A stretch of 64,000 nucleotides of DNA from Octopus vulgaris (lineage: Eukaryota). The DNA lies in the NCBI GenBank assembly GCA_951406725.2, contig OX597817.1, positions 149,606,001 to 149,670,000 on the forward strand, in the 5' to 3' direction. How positions within the stretch are numbered: position 1 is the stretch's first letter; every line of letters starts with the position of its first letter. The notes beneath the pieces were generated by a model, which saw only the letters and a list, made by a program, of their open reading frames with translations, made no database searches and was not told the DNA's origin. A program made the position numbers and the translations under genes. Below, piece after piece: positions 50,562 to 63,740 of the stretch.

Positions 50562-50673
50562 CAGCAGCAACAGCAGCAGCGGCGGCGGCGGCGGCGGTGG
50601 CGGTGGTGGTGGTGGTGGTGGTGGTGGTGGTGGTGGTGGTGGTGGTAGTAGTAGTAATAGTAGTAGTAGTAGT
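50225..50673. repeat. Compound trinucleotide array (CTA/CTG, then TAG/CAG/CGG/TGG)
   Basis: Direct reading. Confidence 0.97.
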
Positions 50674-50769
50674 CCAGCTCAACTCTGATCAATGACATTT
50701 TAGTCGTAACCATTTGTTCGGAGTTGTCTAGTGCTACATTATACAATGCAGTTCCCCATTATAGTAGGA

Positions 50770-51253
50770 CTAGCACCATGACCCGTCTAGTGCTAGTGCT
50801 TGTTCGTTGCCGGGTCGCAGTAAAAATTTCTCTCTAAATCAAGAGCTAAGTTTCTTATCACATTTCAGCCCGGGCAAGTTTTGTTATTTATGAGCTAGTT
50901 GCGGCTTTTTATGAGAGTAATTAATATTCATTGGACTTCGGTTTTCACACCTGGAACGGCATAATCATGGAAAATTAGCGGGACTGTGCACATGACATTA
51001 GTCGGGCAAAAAAGGAGCAAAAGAAAGCGAAAAACTCGAATTTGGCCGCAAAATAACTTATGGGCATAAGGGGTCGGTTAATCGCTTTTTTAATGGCTTT
51101 CTGGGGTGACTGGGGAAATGGAAAAATCTTCATGACCACCCTCAGACAGTTTTGAAAGCCCAAAGAAAATGCGAGCCTTTTACGTGAAAAACTGTGGATT
51201 TGTATAAAGGACACACAGATACACAGGCATTTTGCCCTTTATAGATATAAAGA
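50770..51253 (-). mobile_element. Non-autonomous Helitron
   Basis: Minus strand A|TCTTTATATCTATAAAGG ... GACCCG..CGGGTC-ATGGTGCTAG|T. Confidence 0.82.
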
Positions 51254-52349
51254 TGTAATTTAAGGGAAATTCGGCTGTTATCGAATCCAATGTCCGCTTA
51301 TGGATTTCACCGTTGGCTTGTTTTAGTGGTATGTTGCTATGTAAAAGTGAATTTCTTGAACCTTTTAGAAAGCTGGGCTAGAATTAACAGCCTCTTACAC
51401 ATGTCTTCCCATTTCTACGGATCACTCGAAGCTATAATGGTGATTGTTGTTTTCCTATGGCCTCCTTAGCGTTTTGGTTGTGGCTCATATTTTCTACAAA
51501 GACTATTTTAGGGTATTTCTTGCGCTTTTATTCCCGCTTTGCATGCTAGTTCTGCTATCTGAGACAACTTTTTTTTTCTAGAATATAACTCACAACAGAG
51601 ACTGTTTCTTGCTTAAATTAATGTAGCTGAGACAGTTCATATACCAGTAACTTTTAATTTACTTATAAATATTTGAGGAATTTTCCATAGCCTTCTGGTA
51701 GCATTGGTAAATCTACTGAGAATCTACTGGAAGTTCTCACAAGACTTCCTTCACCTGTTGTTACCATTTCTTGGCATCTGTCTACAAGTGGCTGGCTGTA
51801 GTTATCTTTATACTAACTGTTGTGTAATAGTAATTCACATGATGTCTCAATTTTTTTCCTCATTTTGCTTTTTCAAATACAGCAATTAGGGAAGTTGAAG
51901 TTGACAGTAATGTCCAAATTTTAGGCTACGTTATTCATTGGAATCTAAGATGAAAAGGTTCACATGCTGTTGCGACAAACTAGTTTGATATCTGTCTGTG
52001 ATGTTCGTATGTATGTGTGTGTGTGTATGCATGTATGTATATATGACACCGCGAGTTATCGTGCGGTCATCTAGCGCAGAAGACCTCGTCTCATGAGCAG
52101 ATAGTTGTGTTATAATCTTGACAAATATACTACGTAAGAGATGGAAAATCCTTGTAAGAAAACCTATATGAGGTATCTTCAAGTGGGTATGTATATATAC
52201 ACACGCATACACATACATATATATGCTTGTGTGTTGTGTGTGCGCGCGAGCAAGCGATCTACAAGTCAGATAAATATGCACTCGTATATTTGTCAATGAA
52301 GTGAGTATATTAACCAAAGTGTACAGAATTTTTTATCAACTACGACTAA

Positions 52350-53345
52350 GCTTACCAATCGGTTTCGCACTGCGTATTAAACTGGGTGTTATATAACAGC
52401 ACGGTCAAGTAATATCGCATGCTCGTCACAGCCGGCAGATATGGAAAAATACAGTGACTGCGGTCGTTATTGGAGTAAAAATTCACATCCGGTTGGAGGG
52501 TGCTGGGAAATAAGACAGAACGAGGCTTTTATCAAGAATTATGTCCCTTGGCCCCAAAGGCTTCTGATATGTTAGTCCACAAGAATTTACTGAAAATGTG
52601 TGTAGATGTTAAGTTTTGGTATTCATGTTGGCTTGGAATGCATGTTGTGGTATTATATGTGTAGGATTTTTTTATGGGAATGTGTCTGCTAGGCAAGTAT
52701 CCGCACGCTTAATCTCATGTTAGGTCATATGTATGTTTGCACGTTTGTGTATGATTGGGTTAAACTCTTTTCTGGGTTCTCAGGATATGGTGAGGAAAGA
52801 GCCGAAGGTAGAGAACTGGTGATAGTGATAATGGGGTTCGTAGATACGATAGAAATATATCTCATTTCATATAGGCAAGTGCTAAAAATCTCACTTTTGC
52901 AGCTTAGGTAGATGCCTGGATGCCAAGAGTTTTTAATATAGTTTTTCCCGGCTAAAAACTACCTGCTGTCTCTACTGCTATTAAAATGGGTCTTGCGCTA
53001 CTTTAAGATTTTCCACATGAAACTTTCCTTCAATGCTTCAACATCTCTCCGAGATATTTTTTTCTACTATAGGCACAAGGCCCAAAATTTTGGAGGAGGG
53101 ACCAGTCGATTAAATCGACCTCAGTTCGCAAATGGTACTCAATTTATTGACCCCAAGAGGATGAAAGGCAGAGTCGACCTCGGCGGAATTTGAACTCATA
53201 GTGTAGCGGCAGGCGAAATACTTGCTAAGCATTTTGCCGGGTTTTGTTTCTGCGAACTCTCCGAGATATTGAAGGAGGACTTATGGTTATTGAATCTGAT
53301 CCTAAAAAGCCCTCCTATTGCTCCTTCACACTTCCGCACGTTTGG
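52350..53345 (-). mobile_element. Decayed Penelope-like (Naiad-like) GIY-YIG end with a nested SINE B (about 53060-53240)
   Basis: FRIRFNNHKSSF, WKIL, KSEIFSTC; SINE flanked by CTCTCCGAGATATT repeats; hammerhead-like GUGACGA-GCA..UGC-GAAAC at about 52355-52436. Confidence 0.65.
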
Positions 53346-53563
53346 TTGCTTATTGCAGGTTATGTTTATGCTCGTCATTAGTTATTTTGATTCAGAAACT
53401 TAGAGTGGTGCACGTGTCGCACAAGAGGATACGACTATAATCCAGTGACGCACAGATGTCTCATAACGGCCAGCTATCGTGTAACAAGATGAAGCAATCA
53501 TCATGTACGCATGTATATAAGTATGCATGTCTGTATGATTGTGTGTATACACACACACACATG

Positions 53564-53619
<56 letters not shown>

Positions 53620-54028
53620 TAAATATATATATTATATACATATACGTATGCCTGTAAGTGTGTGTATGTATATGCATGTATGTATATACATTTAGATATA
53701 CTTGGCGTATTTATTTGTGTATATGTTGTCTTTATATGCATGTATGTATGCATGTATGTATGTATGTATGTATGTATGTATGTATGTATGTATGTATGTA
53801 CAATGTTAATGTCAGACCTGAATTTTGCTTAACTGTGTATTTATTGATCTGACAATTTGTCAAACTTATCTACAGAGATAATGTTGATCGTTAACGCAGT
53901 TCTTCTAAACATTCTTTTCATCTATTTCTACCGAGTTGTTTAGTTTGATCTTTGTTTTATCTCTCGAGAGTTCGCTTCCATCTGTGTTCTTTTGCTCCTC
54001 GGCTCTCTCCACACCTCTCTCTCTTCCT

Positions 54029-54082
<54 letters not shown>

Positions 54083-54686
54083 CTACGTTCTTTATTTATA
54101 TATATTTCACTGCTTCACTCAAACTCATACCGTCTCACCCATCTTTCTCACTTACAAACATTAACAAGTTTTCCGCTTTTACATACATTAAAAAAATTTA
54201 TTGCATTGGGTACTGACTTCTAACAAGCCAATCACTATTTACTGCATTTCTGACAACGAGATTTACAAGGGTGTGACTATAGTTCGCTGCAGAACAAATT
54301 TCGCGAAGGACTTTGCTTAAAGAGTATCGTTTCTTATTTACAGATTTCTATTCGTTATTTACACCCCATCACGTGCAGGAAATAAACAAAAAATAAAATC
54401 TAATAAAAACGAACATTCAGGGCAACTTTAACCTCCAACCTCGAGATTCTTGAAAAATGTTTGCACTAAGGAAAGTTTATCTTGAGACTCTGGTTGAGTA
54501 GCCTTCAAGGAAAAGCATACAAACAATCCCATTGTGGAACATGCTCGGGGGGTAATTGAATGATGATACTCTTTTTCAAATCTAACCTTTAACACGTTAA
54601 CACTTTGTCTCTTTATACCATGCTCACCAAATTCTTCACATTCCATTCAATGTGTGTGTGTGTGTGTGTCTTATATATATAATTTG

Positions 54687-55053
54687 TTGTAGTAAAGCTT
54701 GTTTGCCAACATAATATGATAGTCCTGGTTTAGGACGAATATTGTTGTAATCTATCCCTAGGAGACACCGTCTCCAGCTGGCTATATTTTTGAACAAGGG
54801 AATCTAGCACACACACACACCCCCACTCAGCTCAAAACAAATATCTGTGTATCGCGATTTCCGAGTTATGTCCGCGATACACAGATATTGTTTTGAGCTG
54901 AGTGGGGGTGCTAGATTCCCTTGTTCTAAAATATAAGGACACAGATCGTGTCGTATAGTCAGCTGGGGACGATATTTCCTGGGGCTAAATTACAGCAATA
55001 TTCGTCCTAAACAAGGACTACTATGTTATGTTGGCAAACAAGCTTTTACTACA
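54687..55053. repeat. Fold-back palindrome of about 370 bp
   Basis: TTGTAGTAAAGCTTGTTTGCCAACATAA.. and inner CCCCACTCAGCTCAAAACAAATATCTGTGTATCGCG arms mirrored around a 16 bp spacer at about 54857-54872. Confidence 0.93.
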
Positions 55054-55326
55054 AAGTACTGTTACTAATATCTCACGTTGTGAGATTTAAAAATAGTAAT
55101 TTTCTAATATAATTTGTTGTTACATATATATATAATTTGTTATGTCTGAGGAGAGTCATACTTCCTTAGTATCTAACACACTCACCGGTTCAGTTTCCAA
55201 AATTTTCGTTGCTTTTGCAACCTGGTGAATGACCGTTATCGGAGATGCGTTCCTTTCGTCTGTTTGTGCTCATGTGTGTGCGCCAGCTTGCATGTGTGCT
55301 TGTGTGTGCACATATGTACCTGTATA

Positions 55327-55563
55327 CATACATTGGAGAGACATCAAGAAGTATCGCGGAGAGAATAAATGACACATGAGGCAATATGATGACAAGAAAC
55401 AGTCCTCTATACTCGATCAACATGCCGAAGACCGACCAACATGGAGGCACACTGCGCCGACTTGACATCCGCATTTTATCCAAGCACCCGAAGGACCCAT
55501 CGCTCAGACAAATGTAAGAGTACGTCCTCATAAATGAAACGTCCCCCGTACTAAATCGGAAAG
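55327..55563 (+). mobile_element. Penelope-like GIY-YIG endonuclease fragment
   Basis: TYIGETSRSIAERIN, HMRQY, LRQM*EYVLINETSPVLNRK with frameshifts. Confidence 0.8.
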
Positions 55564-55569
55564 TAGTGA

Positions 55570-55833
55570 TGCCCAAATATCCCAAAAATATACATACACG
55601 GTATGCAGATGTCTTTAAAATAAAACTGGATCTCTTCCTGTCAGGTGTCCCAGATGAACCAACTTCACGGCAGGAGGTGCAGATGAGGGCAGCTGCATCG
55701 AACTCTCTCATGCACCAAATGGCAGTTGCTAAAAAGCATTCGTGAAGTAAAATCATGTAGCAACACCAAATGGCGGTGCCTCAGCATAGCCACAGCTCGT
55801 GAGCTGAAACTAGATAAAATAAAATAAAATAAA
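55570..55833 (+). mobile_element. 3' end of CR1-group LINE
   Basis: DVFKIKLDLFLSGVPDEPTSRQEVQMRAAASNSL; tail GGCGGTGCCTCAGCATAGCCACAGCTCGTGAGCTGAAAC then (TAAAA)n. Confidence 0.88.
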
Positions 55834-55868
55834 TGGTACATTTGCTAGGAGGCCGTTACGTAGGAAAA

Positions 55869-55899
<31 letters not shown>

Positions 55900-55931
55900 C
55901 TGTGTGTCTGTTATATACGCACACAAATACA

Positions 55932-56410
55932 TAACTGAGTTCTCAAGATGGTCATTAAGCTCTGCAGTAATTTTGGGAGCTGTACTTTTGTGATCCTTTC
56001 TAACAATTCGCGTAAGAGTCCGACGGTCCCTATCTGAAGCTTTTGGTTTTCTTCCAGAGTTTGGTTTTGACGAGGAGATTTTTCCCTCTTTCTCAAAGGC
56101 TGTCATTACTTTCGAGACAGCACTTCTTGATACACCAACCTTTTCGGCTGTTTTCGTTACACTAGCGCCTACTAAACGAGCACCAACAATATGACCTCTT
56201 TGAAAGTCCGAAGGATCTGTCATTTTAATAAATTTTAAATTACCTTTTTCTAATGATATCTGAAAAGAAACAGCTATTTTAGCAAAACATATTAAGCAAC
56301 ACTAATAATAAATCAAAAAACATAAAAAGAAACAAGCTTTTGACGGTTTTATAGATATTTCAAAATTGTGATGCTATGTTGCTAGGTGTTTCCATTATTT
56401 TCTCCAACCC
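55932..56410 (-). mobile_element. Tc1 transposon 5' portion (TIR and N-terminal HTH domains)
   Basis: MTDPSDFQRGHIVGARLVGASVTKTAEKVGVSRSAVSKVM..NSGRKPK.SDRDRRTLTRIVRK from 56223; terminus GGGTTGGAGAAAATAATGGAAACACC. Confidence 0.92.
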
Positions 56411-56473
56411 TTATTGATCGCTAGCCACTAAACCTTTTTTTTTTATTTTCTCTCCCTGTTTATTTCTGTGTTC

Positions 56474-56509
56474 CTTTCTGTCGAAGAGAGTGGGCTCGAA
56501 ACGTAAAAG
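56474..56509 (+). ncRNA. Variant minimal hammerhead (CUGUCGA core) in a related repeat (about 56411-56610)
   Basis: CUUU-CUGUCGA-A-GAG(AGUGGG)CUC-GAA-ACGU-A-AAAG. Confidence 0.55.
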
Positions 56510-56625
56510 ACTTTCTCACTTCCCCAGCGTTAAACTAATACATCTGTTTGCTTTTTACACACCTGTCTTCGTCTTGTTTTGTTCGCTTTTTTCTAAAATC
56601 CAACTATATATATATACAATTATAC

Positions 56626-56661
<36 letters not shown>

Positions 56662-56665
<4 letters not shown>

Positions 56666-57001
56666 GTAAAGACCCCCTTCGGTCATGAATGACCATGGGA
56701 TTGCACCTAGAAAGTTACCCTCCTAGACACAAGTCCGGGCAAGGTTGTTTTATGGAAGACCAGCAGTCGCCCATGCATACCAGCCTCCCCTCTCCACGCC
56801 ACCAGTGTTATCCAAGGGAAAGACAAAGGTCGATACAGCTTGGCACCTGTGACGTCGCAACTCATTTCTACAGCTGAGTGAACTGGAGCAACGTGAAATA
56901 AAGTGCCTTGCTCAAGAACACAACACGCAGCCCGGTCCGGGATTCGAGCTCACCACCTCACGATCGTAAGCTCGACGCTCTAACCACTGAGCCATGCGCC
57001 T

Positions 57002-57004
<3 letters not shown>
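56662..57004 (-). mobile_element. SINE family D (CORE SINE), full length
   Basis: tRNA-like head, CORE-like GTGTTCTTGAGCAAGGCACTTTATTTCACGTTGCTCCAGTTCACTCAGCTGTAGAAATGAGT; inserted in (TA)n. Confidence 0.9.
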
Positions 57005-57080
<76 letters not shown>

Positions 57081-57124
57081 CCTCGCGTTGTTGTGTTTTT
57101 TTGTGCGTTCTTGTTTGGATTAAC

Positions 57125-57176
<52 letters not shown>

Positions 57177-57216
57177 TGTATGTATGTATGTATGTATGTA
57201 TGTATGTGTGTGTGTG

Positions 57217-57264
<48 letters not shown>

Positions 57265-57569
57265 TTTGTGTCTATGTTTGTCCCTTCCTCTATCACCGAT
57301 TGACAACTTAACGGTTCAGCCACAGGAACCTATAGAATAAGTACTAGGCAAAATTGCTCCAGTCCACTGAGCTGGCAAAATTGAGGAATCCTGTGACGGA
57401 GCGGCCACTACCAAATACTACGCTTCAAAAGTAAGTCCTAGCGTCGATTCATTTGACTAAAACCCTTCAAGAGGGTGCTCCAGCACGGCCACAGTCAAAT
57501 AAAAGAATTTATATAAATGTATGCGCGTGTATATAATAATATGTATATACATATTATTATATACACGTC

Positions 57570-58330
<761 letters not shown>

Positions 58331-59289
58331 TATGCCAATATGTATACATATTGTATTTTTGAACTTTTATATTCTTAAAACATATATTCTTCAGATCCGT
58401 TGAAAAGAAATTTTTTTTCGCTCTCAGATGAATAAAGCATCCCAAAAAGGTTAGAGCTGTCTTCACCTCACGGCATACAAAATTCACTTTATAATTTTCG
58501 ACGACGCATGCTGCTCAATGTTTTCCTCCAACTCTTTTTATTCTAATTCTTTTTTATGACAGTATCGCATAATTCAAGTAACGGGTGTGTATGTAGGGGC
58601 TCCATTTTTGTTCTGCACGTTCGTTTGAAGCATTACTATATTAAGTATCATTTCAGAAATGTAAATATTCATTAGGGTGAATCCAGAGGATCTGAAATGA
58701 CTCTTAATAATGAATTTTTCACACAGAATATTAACGATGTTTTTAGAGGAGAAACTAGTTTTACTAATAGGATGTTTGCATGATTATTATCATAATGTGA
58801 ATGCATAGAAAAATTTATTGATGCATAATTCCCAAGTGAAAGTAGCCGTTGCATTTCATACATAAATACGCACATACGCACAAAGATATACATATATACA
58901 TATACAATAAGCGTGTGTATAGATGTCTCAAAATGAGTCAGAATAAAGAGACACTCATAAATTGGTTAACAGAGTGAGTATATTATTATGAATAAAATAC
59001 AACATGATATTTTCCCTTCATCAGAACGGTGTTATTCCAGGAATTGAGATAACCCCCTTATCATCGGGAAAGTGCATGAGGAATAGTCTTGCGACGCTGC
59101 TGTTCTGCACTGTAATGAGGCCCTGGCCACCGGTGGTTTTTAATATAAAATCAAGTATATGCCTGGCCCTTATTTTTCCAAAGTCATATAGTTATATGGG
59201 TGGCACACACATTGTCCCTGAACGTAAAACTTATTGTAGGAAGGATCCTTCTTAGTTTAGTCGATAAACACTTCTCCCAAACACATATA

Positions 59290-59730
59290 TACAGGAAATA
59301 TTTAATAGACACACATTTTGGGTGTCTCTTCTAACTGTACCCCTAGCATAAAGAAAATATTACAAAGTAGATAAAGGCCTGAAACAAAGGCAGGCTGTTT
59401 ATGCAGAGATAACACTACATGTTGACTCAGGAAATTCAGAAACCGCTGTGTATGAGGTGTATGTGACGTCGGACGAGCCGAATGGAGTGACCGACGTCCA
59501 AAAATATGTATGCGCCTCAGAAGGTGCCTTTAAACTAGTTTCCCTTATCAAATTTCATTATGAATTATATATAGAAAGAGGAGAAAAACACTGTGGGTTC
59601 TGAAATTAACAGGATAATACCGGCAAATGGTAATAAACCTTACATAAACAACAATAGGAGGTACAGGCGTTGCTTGACTGAGAAAAGGATCATAATATAG
59701 AACTCTTTTTACCCGGTCTCCTATATTAAC
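59290..59730 (+). mobile_element. Possible decayed Helitron Rep/helicase coding fragment
   Basis: Stop-free frame 59352-59600: KYYKVDKG..KYVCASEGAFKL..GEKHCGF, resembling Helitron KYxYKYVxKG..RYVxASEAxWRL..EQxVxF. Confidence 0.45.
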
Positions 59731-60292
59731 TGTAAGATTAGTGTTTTCTTATTCTGTCCTCATGAACGTAGCGAAGCCTCAGTACACTGATCGATCGCAC
59801 AATGAATACAAGCATTGAGGAAGCCTCGCTGGGTCTTTCCCAGCATCAAAATCTGAGGAACTAGTACAAGATTTATCACACCTTACTGTGACATGTATAC
59901 GTACATACAAACATATATTTAGTCGAACACATATGGTGTTAAAATTAACCTTCCTCATCTCGGCTCCAACCTACCCTAAAAGCAAATATCCCTCATATGG
60001 AGGTGGCCTTCCTCGCTCCCAATCTAAAAGGCGTAAATTCCAATGAATTAATAAAAAAAAAGAATTTATCTCTTGGTTCTGAAGCGAACAATTTCGTTCT
60101 AGTTTTAAAATAGCTGACCGCTGACTTGATTCAACACTTTCAGACGTCCGGTAGTAAAGCCATACAATTCTTTTGAGCCTTTTTCTGATTATTAATGGGT
60201 CCAAGTCAACTCTTGGTACGAAACCGATTGGTGAAGATGTTGATGTTAGAATATGATAATGGATTTTATTTCTGTTGTTGTTGTCATTAGTA

Positions 60293-60562
60293 AGGAGGAG
60301 GAGGAGGAGGAGGAGGAGGAGGAGGAAGGAGAAGAAGAAGAGAAAAAGAGGACGACGACGACGAAGAGGAGGATGAAGAAGAGGAGGACGAAGAGGATTA
60401 ATACGACGATGACGACGATGACGACGAAGAAGAGGAGGACGACGACGACGACGAGGGTGACGAAGAGGAGGACGAGGAAGAGGACGAGGAGGAAGACGAG
60501 GAGGAGGTCAACGAGGACGAGGAGGTGGATAAGGAGGAGGACGACGAGGACGAAGAGGAGGA
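60293..60562. repeat. Purine-rich (GAG/GAC/GAA)n array
   Basis: Direct reading. Confidence 0.95.
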
Positions 60563-61230
60563 CTTAATGGTGGTGGGCAAGGTAAACCATATGTGTTCTA
60601 TGATTGATGCTTCGTGCCCATTTGACCCACGAATAGGTAAAAAAGAAGACGTAAAAATAGACATGTACAATCCTCTTAAATACGAGATAGGTCGGCGGCG
60701 AAAAATTAAAAGGATGAAGTTAGTGCCAATTATTATTGGATCACTGGGGATAGTATCAAAAGGTATTAAGAGGATAGTATCAAAAGGTATTAAGGCGGCG
60801 AGCTGGCAGAAACGTTAGCACGCCGGGCGAAATGCTTAGCGGTATTTCGTCTGCGTTACGTTGTGAGTTCAAATTCCGCCGAGGTCGACTTTGCCTTTCA
60901 TCATTTCGAGGTCGATAAATTAAGTACCAGTTACGCACTGGGGTCGATGTAATCGACTTAATACCTATGTCTATCCTTGTTTGTCCCCTCTGTGTTTAGC
61001 CCCTTGTGCATAATAAAGAAATAGGTATTAAGAGGAATATAAAGGAAATGGAGATATATAAAAGAAAATGAAGCTGTTGCAATAAGTTTACCGTTTACCA
61101 GGAAAGTATTAGATAGTTAAAGAGAACAAATAGCATGATACCATAGGCTGCAGGTAGCAAGCCTGCTATTCATACAAGACTTTGGGTGTTCCAACAAAAC
61201 CTGAGTTAAAAGAGTAACTATAACAATAAA
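60561..61230 (+). mobile_element. R4/Dong-like non-LTR element 3' end (restriction-like endonuclease) with a nested SINE B (60794-61023)
   Basis: DLMVV..MIDASCPFDPRIGKKE..KIDMY.PLKYEI..LVPIIIGSLGIV, resuming after the SINE with KLLQ and RKVL; SINE TSD GGTATTAA(G). Confidence 0.85.
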
Positions 61231-61552
61231 GATGTGAACTGTTGCCATACCTGGCAACGAGTACCCACCACCAAGGAAATCCAATACAGATATCGAAACC
61301 ACCCGGTCTGGTGGTCTTAAGGCGTCAATGGTTGCAGGAGTTATCTCCCGCTTGCAATAAATATCAGGTGTGACAAGCACACTGAATAAACCAGCTGGAG
61401 ATGTCTTCCTGGGGTTAAATGGCAGTATTGTCGTCTCTTAGAGGACAGCCACATTAAATTGGCCATTAGCAATACGTTTTGGTTCGTACACAGCCTCTGT
61501 CTCGAACAGAGATTCACTAACGAACTAGTTTTCTATATACATACACACACAC

Positions 61553-61583
<31 letters not shown>

Positions 61584-61593
61584 TGTATGTATG

Positions 61594-61624
<31 letters not shown>

Positions 61625-61673
61625 GAGAACAAAGTGTACGTACGCCGCTATATATATATATATATATACGCCG

Positions 61674-61708
<35 letters not shown>

Positions 61709-61712
<4 letters not shown>

Positions 61713-62020
61713 CATTAATTAAAGTCTTAGGGTAGCAAGAATTTTTCTATGAATATTCTTGCTACCCTAAGATTTTAATTAATGATAAAATGTCTTTTGG
61801 CTAATTCTGGAAGAAAATCGGCAATTTATTTTTTTAGTGCTGAGTTCCGCTTCTACGCGGTAGATTCGAAAAATTAGAACCTATAGACACGTGGCGGGTT
61901 ATTTATCGCTTCGTGCCTATGTGTTCAGTCCTGGCAACCTACTGAAGAAGCAGCGCCAGATATAGGCTGAAGTTATTTTATTTCAGTCTGTATTTAAGTC
62001 TGCAGAAACCTTGTAGGGTC
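61709..62020 (+). mobile_element. Penelope-like repeat: leading hairpin plus a degenerate long-stem-II hammerhead (61938-62017)
   Basis: About 35 bp inverted arms 61709-61788; CCUA-CUGAAGA-A-GCAG..CUGC-A-GAAACCUUG-UAGG. Confidence 0.5.
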
Positions 62021-63425
62021 TAGGATTAAGGTAAAAGTTTTTATTTTCCAATCACTTTCGGAATTACAACAATTGGTGGCTTGGAGTTTTAACTGCTCTT
62101 TCTAGCGAGTCAGATATCCTTTTCTTCGGGTATCTCTTTTGTATATATATATATATATAAATACAAAATGGGACAAGAACATCCGGACAACTAGGTGATA
62201 CAAAAGGGACAACAAAACATCCAGATAGACGATACAAAAAACACGGACGGGTCATTCAAAGCCTTTAATCTTCAGTCGAGAACCGGATCATCCTCGCAAT
62301 TTCAGCTGATTAATCTTGAGATTGCTCCAATCTGGCCAGACCCAAGGAAAAACTAAGCTAAGAGCATTAGATTCCTTTGAAAGAAGCATCGAATGTATAC
62401 GAAACAAGGACGGAAAAATGGACGATGTTACACGAATATAAATACGTATATGAATTTAGAAATATATTAAGTATGTACGTATGTATTTCTAAATATATTT
62501 CCGTATTGGTATTTGTCTCCCACCATTTGACAACCGGTGTTGGTTTGTATATATCCCCGAAATTTAGTGCTTCAGCAAAAAGAGATGCCACAGAATTAGT
62601 ATTGAAGTCAATTTGCTTGATTAAAAACCTTTCAAGGCAGTGACCTTTTATGGTCGCAATCCAATGAATGAAATAAACTGTAAGACTAAAAGCGTATAGG
62701 TTTAGTGTATAAAGATATTAACTAGTCGACAATTAGCAAAATGTTTTGTGTATATAATTATTATCCTTATGTTAATGTATACGGAAATTTATTGATGGAC
62801 GGTTTCCAAATCTAATGAATTGAATATAACACCCAATTTAGCGATATGAACAACTCTGAATTCCGGCCTGCTTTGTATTATGTTTATACTGGCATAAAAC
62901 ATAACGTCACTAATAACATTAATGGTTTTCCTGTGTGTATTCCATGTTTATTCTGTGAATGTTCGTCTAATGATATTAGTTTAAAGGAATAATCGCTCTC
63001 ATATATATTTAATGTCTCCGAGATGCAAGCTATTATGTTCCAACCGTTGGCTAGTATGAGATGAGGATGGATGTAAAACATAGCCTCACATAATATCCTT
63101 TTAATTTCATTCTAACCAGCTGTATAGTAGCGTTGAAAATATCCAGCTGGTTTTTGTTGATTCTTTTTCTACTAGACATAAGTGCTTTTTGTCCTCAGGA
63201 TATTGCTTTTATCAGTCATTTTCATAGTAACACATAGCTTCTTTCTTTTATTATATTTAGAAAACGGAATACAACATGAAAATTCAACGATAGACATTAG
63301 TTTCTCTGTTACGAAACACCAACAACTAAATTACATTATAATGCACCTGTTCAGATACACATATGTACTCTATTCACGCACACGCATACATATGTTCTTT
63401 GTACTACTATGAGTGAGTGCATCTG

Positions 63426-63469
<44 letters not shown>

Positions 63470-63470
<1 letters not shown>

Positions 63471-63686
63471 TTTACTCTTTTACTTGTTTCATTCATTTGA
63501 CTGCGGCCACGCTGGAGCATCACCTTTAGTCGAGAAACTCGACCCCGGGACTTATTCTTTTTGTAAGCCCAGTACTTATTCTATCGGTCTCTTTTGCCGA
63601 ACCGCTAAGTAACGGGGACATAAACACACCAGCATCGGTTGTCAAGCAATGCTAGGGGGACAAACACACTCACACAAACACACATA

Positions 63687-63740
<54 letters not shown>

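Noticed and set aside
50037-50746. Poly-Ser, poly-Thr and poly-Gly ORFs resembling mucin-like proteins
   Set aside because: Produced by a trinucleotide array open in several frames on both strands; no splice or domain context
60253-60567. Acidic or basic low-complexity ORF
   Set aside because: GAG/GAC microsatellite abutting an R4-like retroelement fragment
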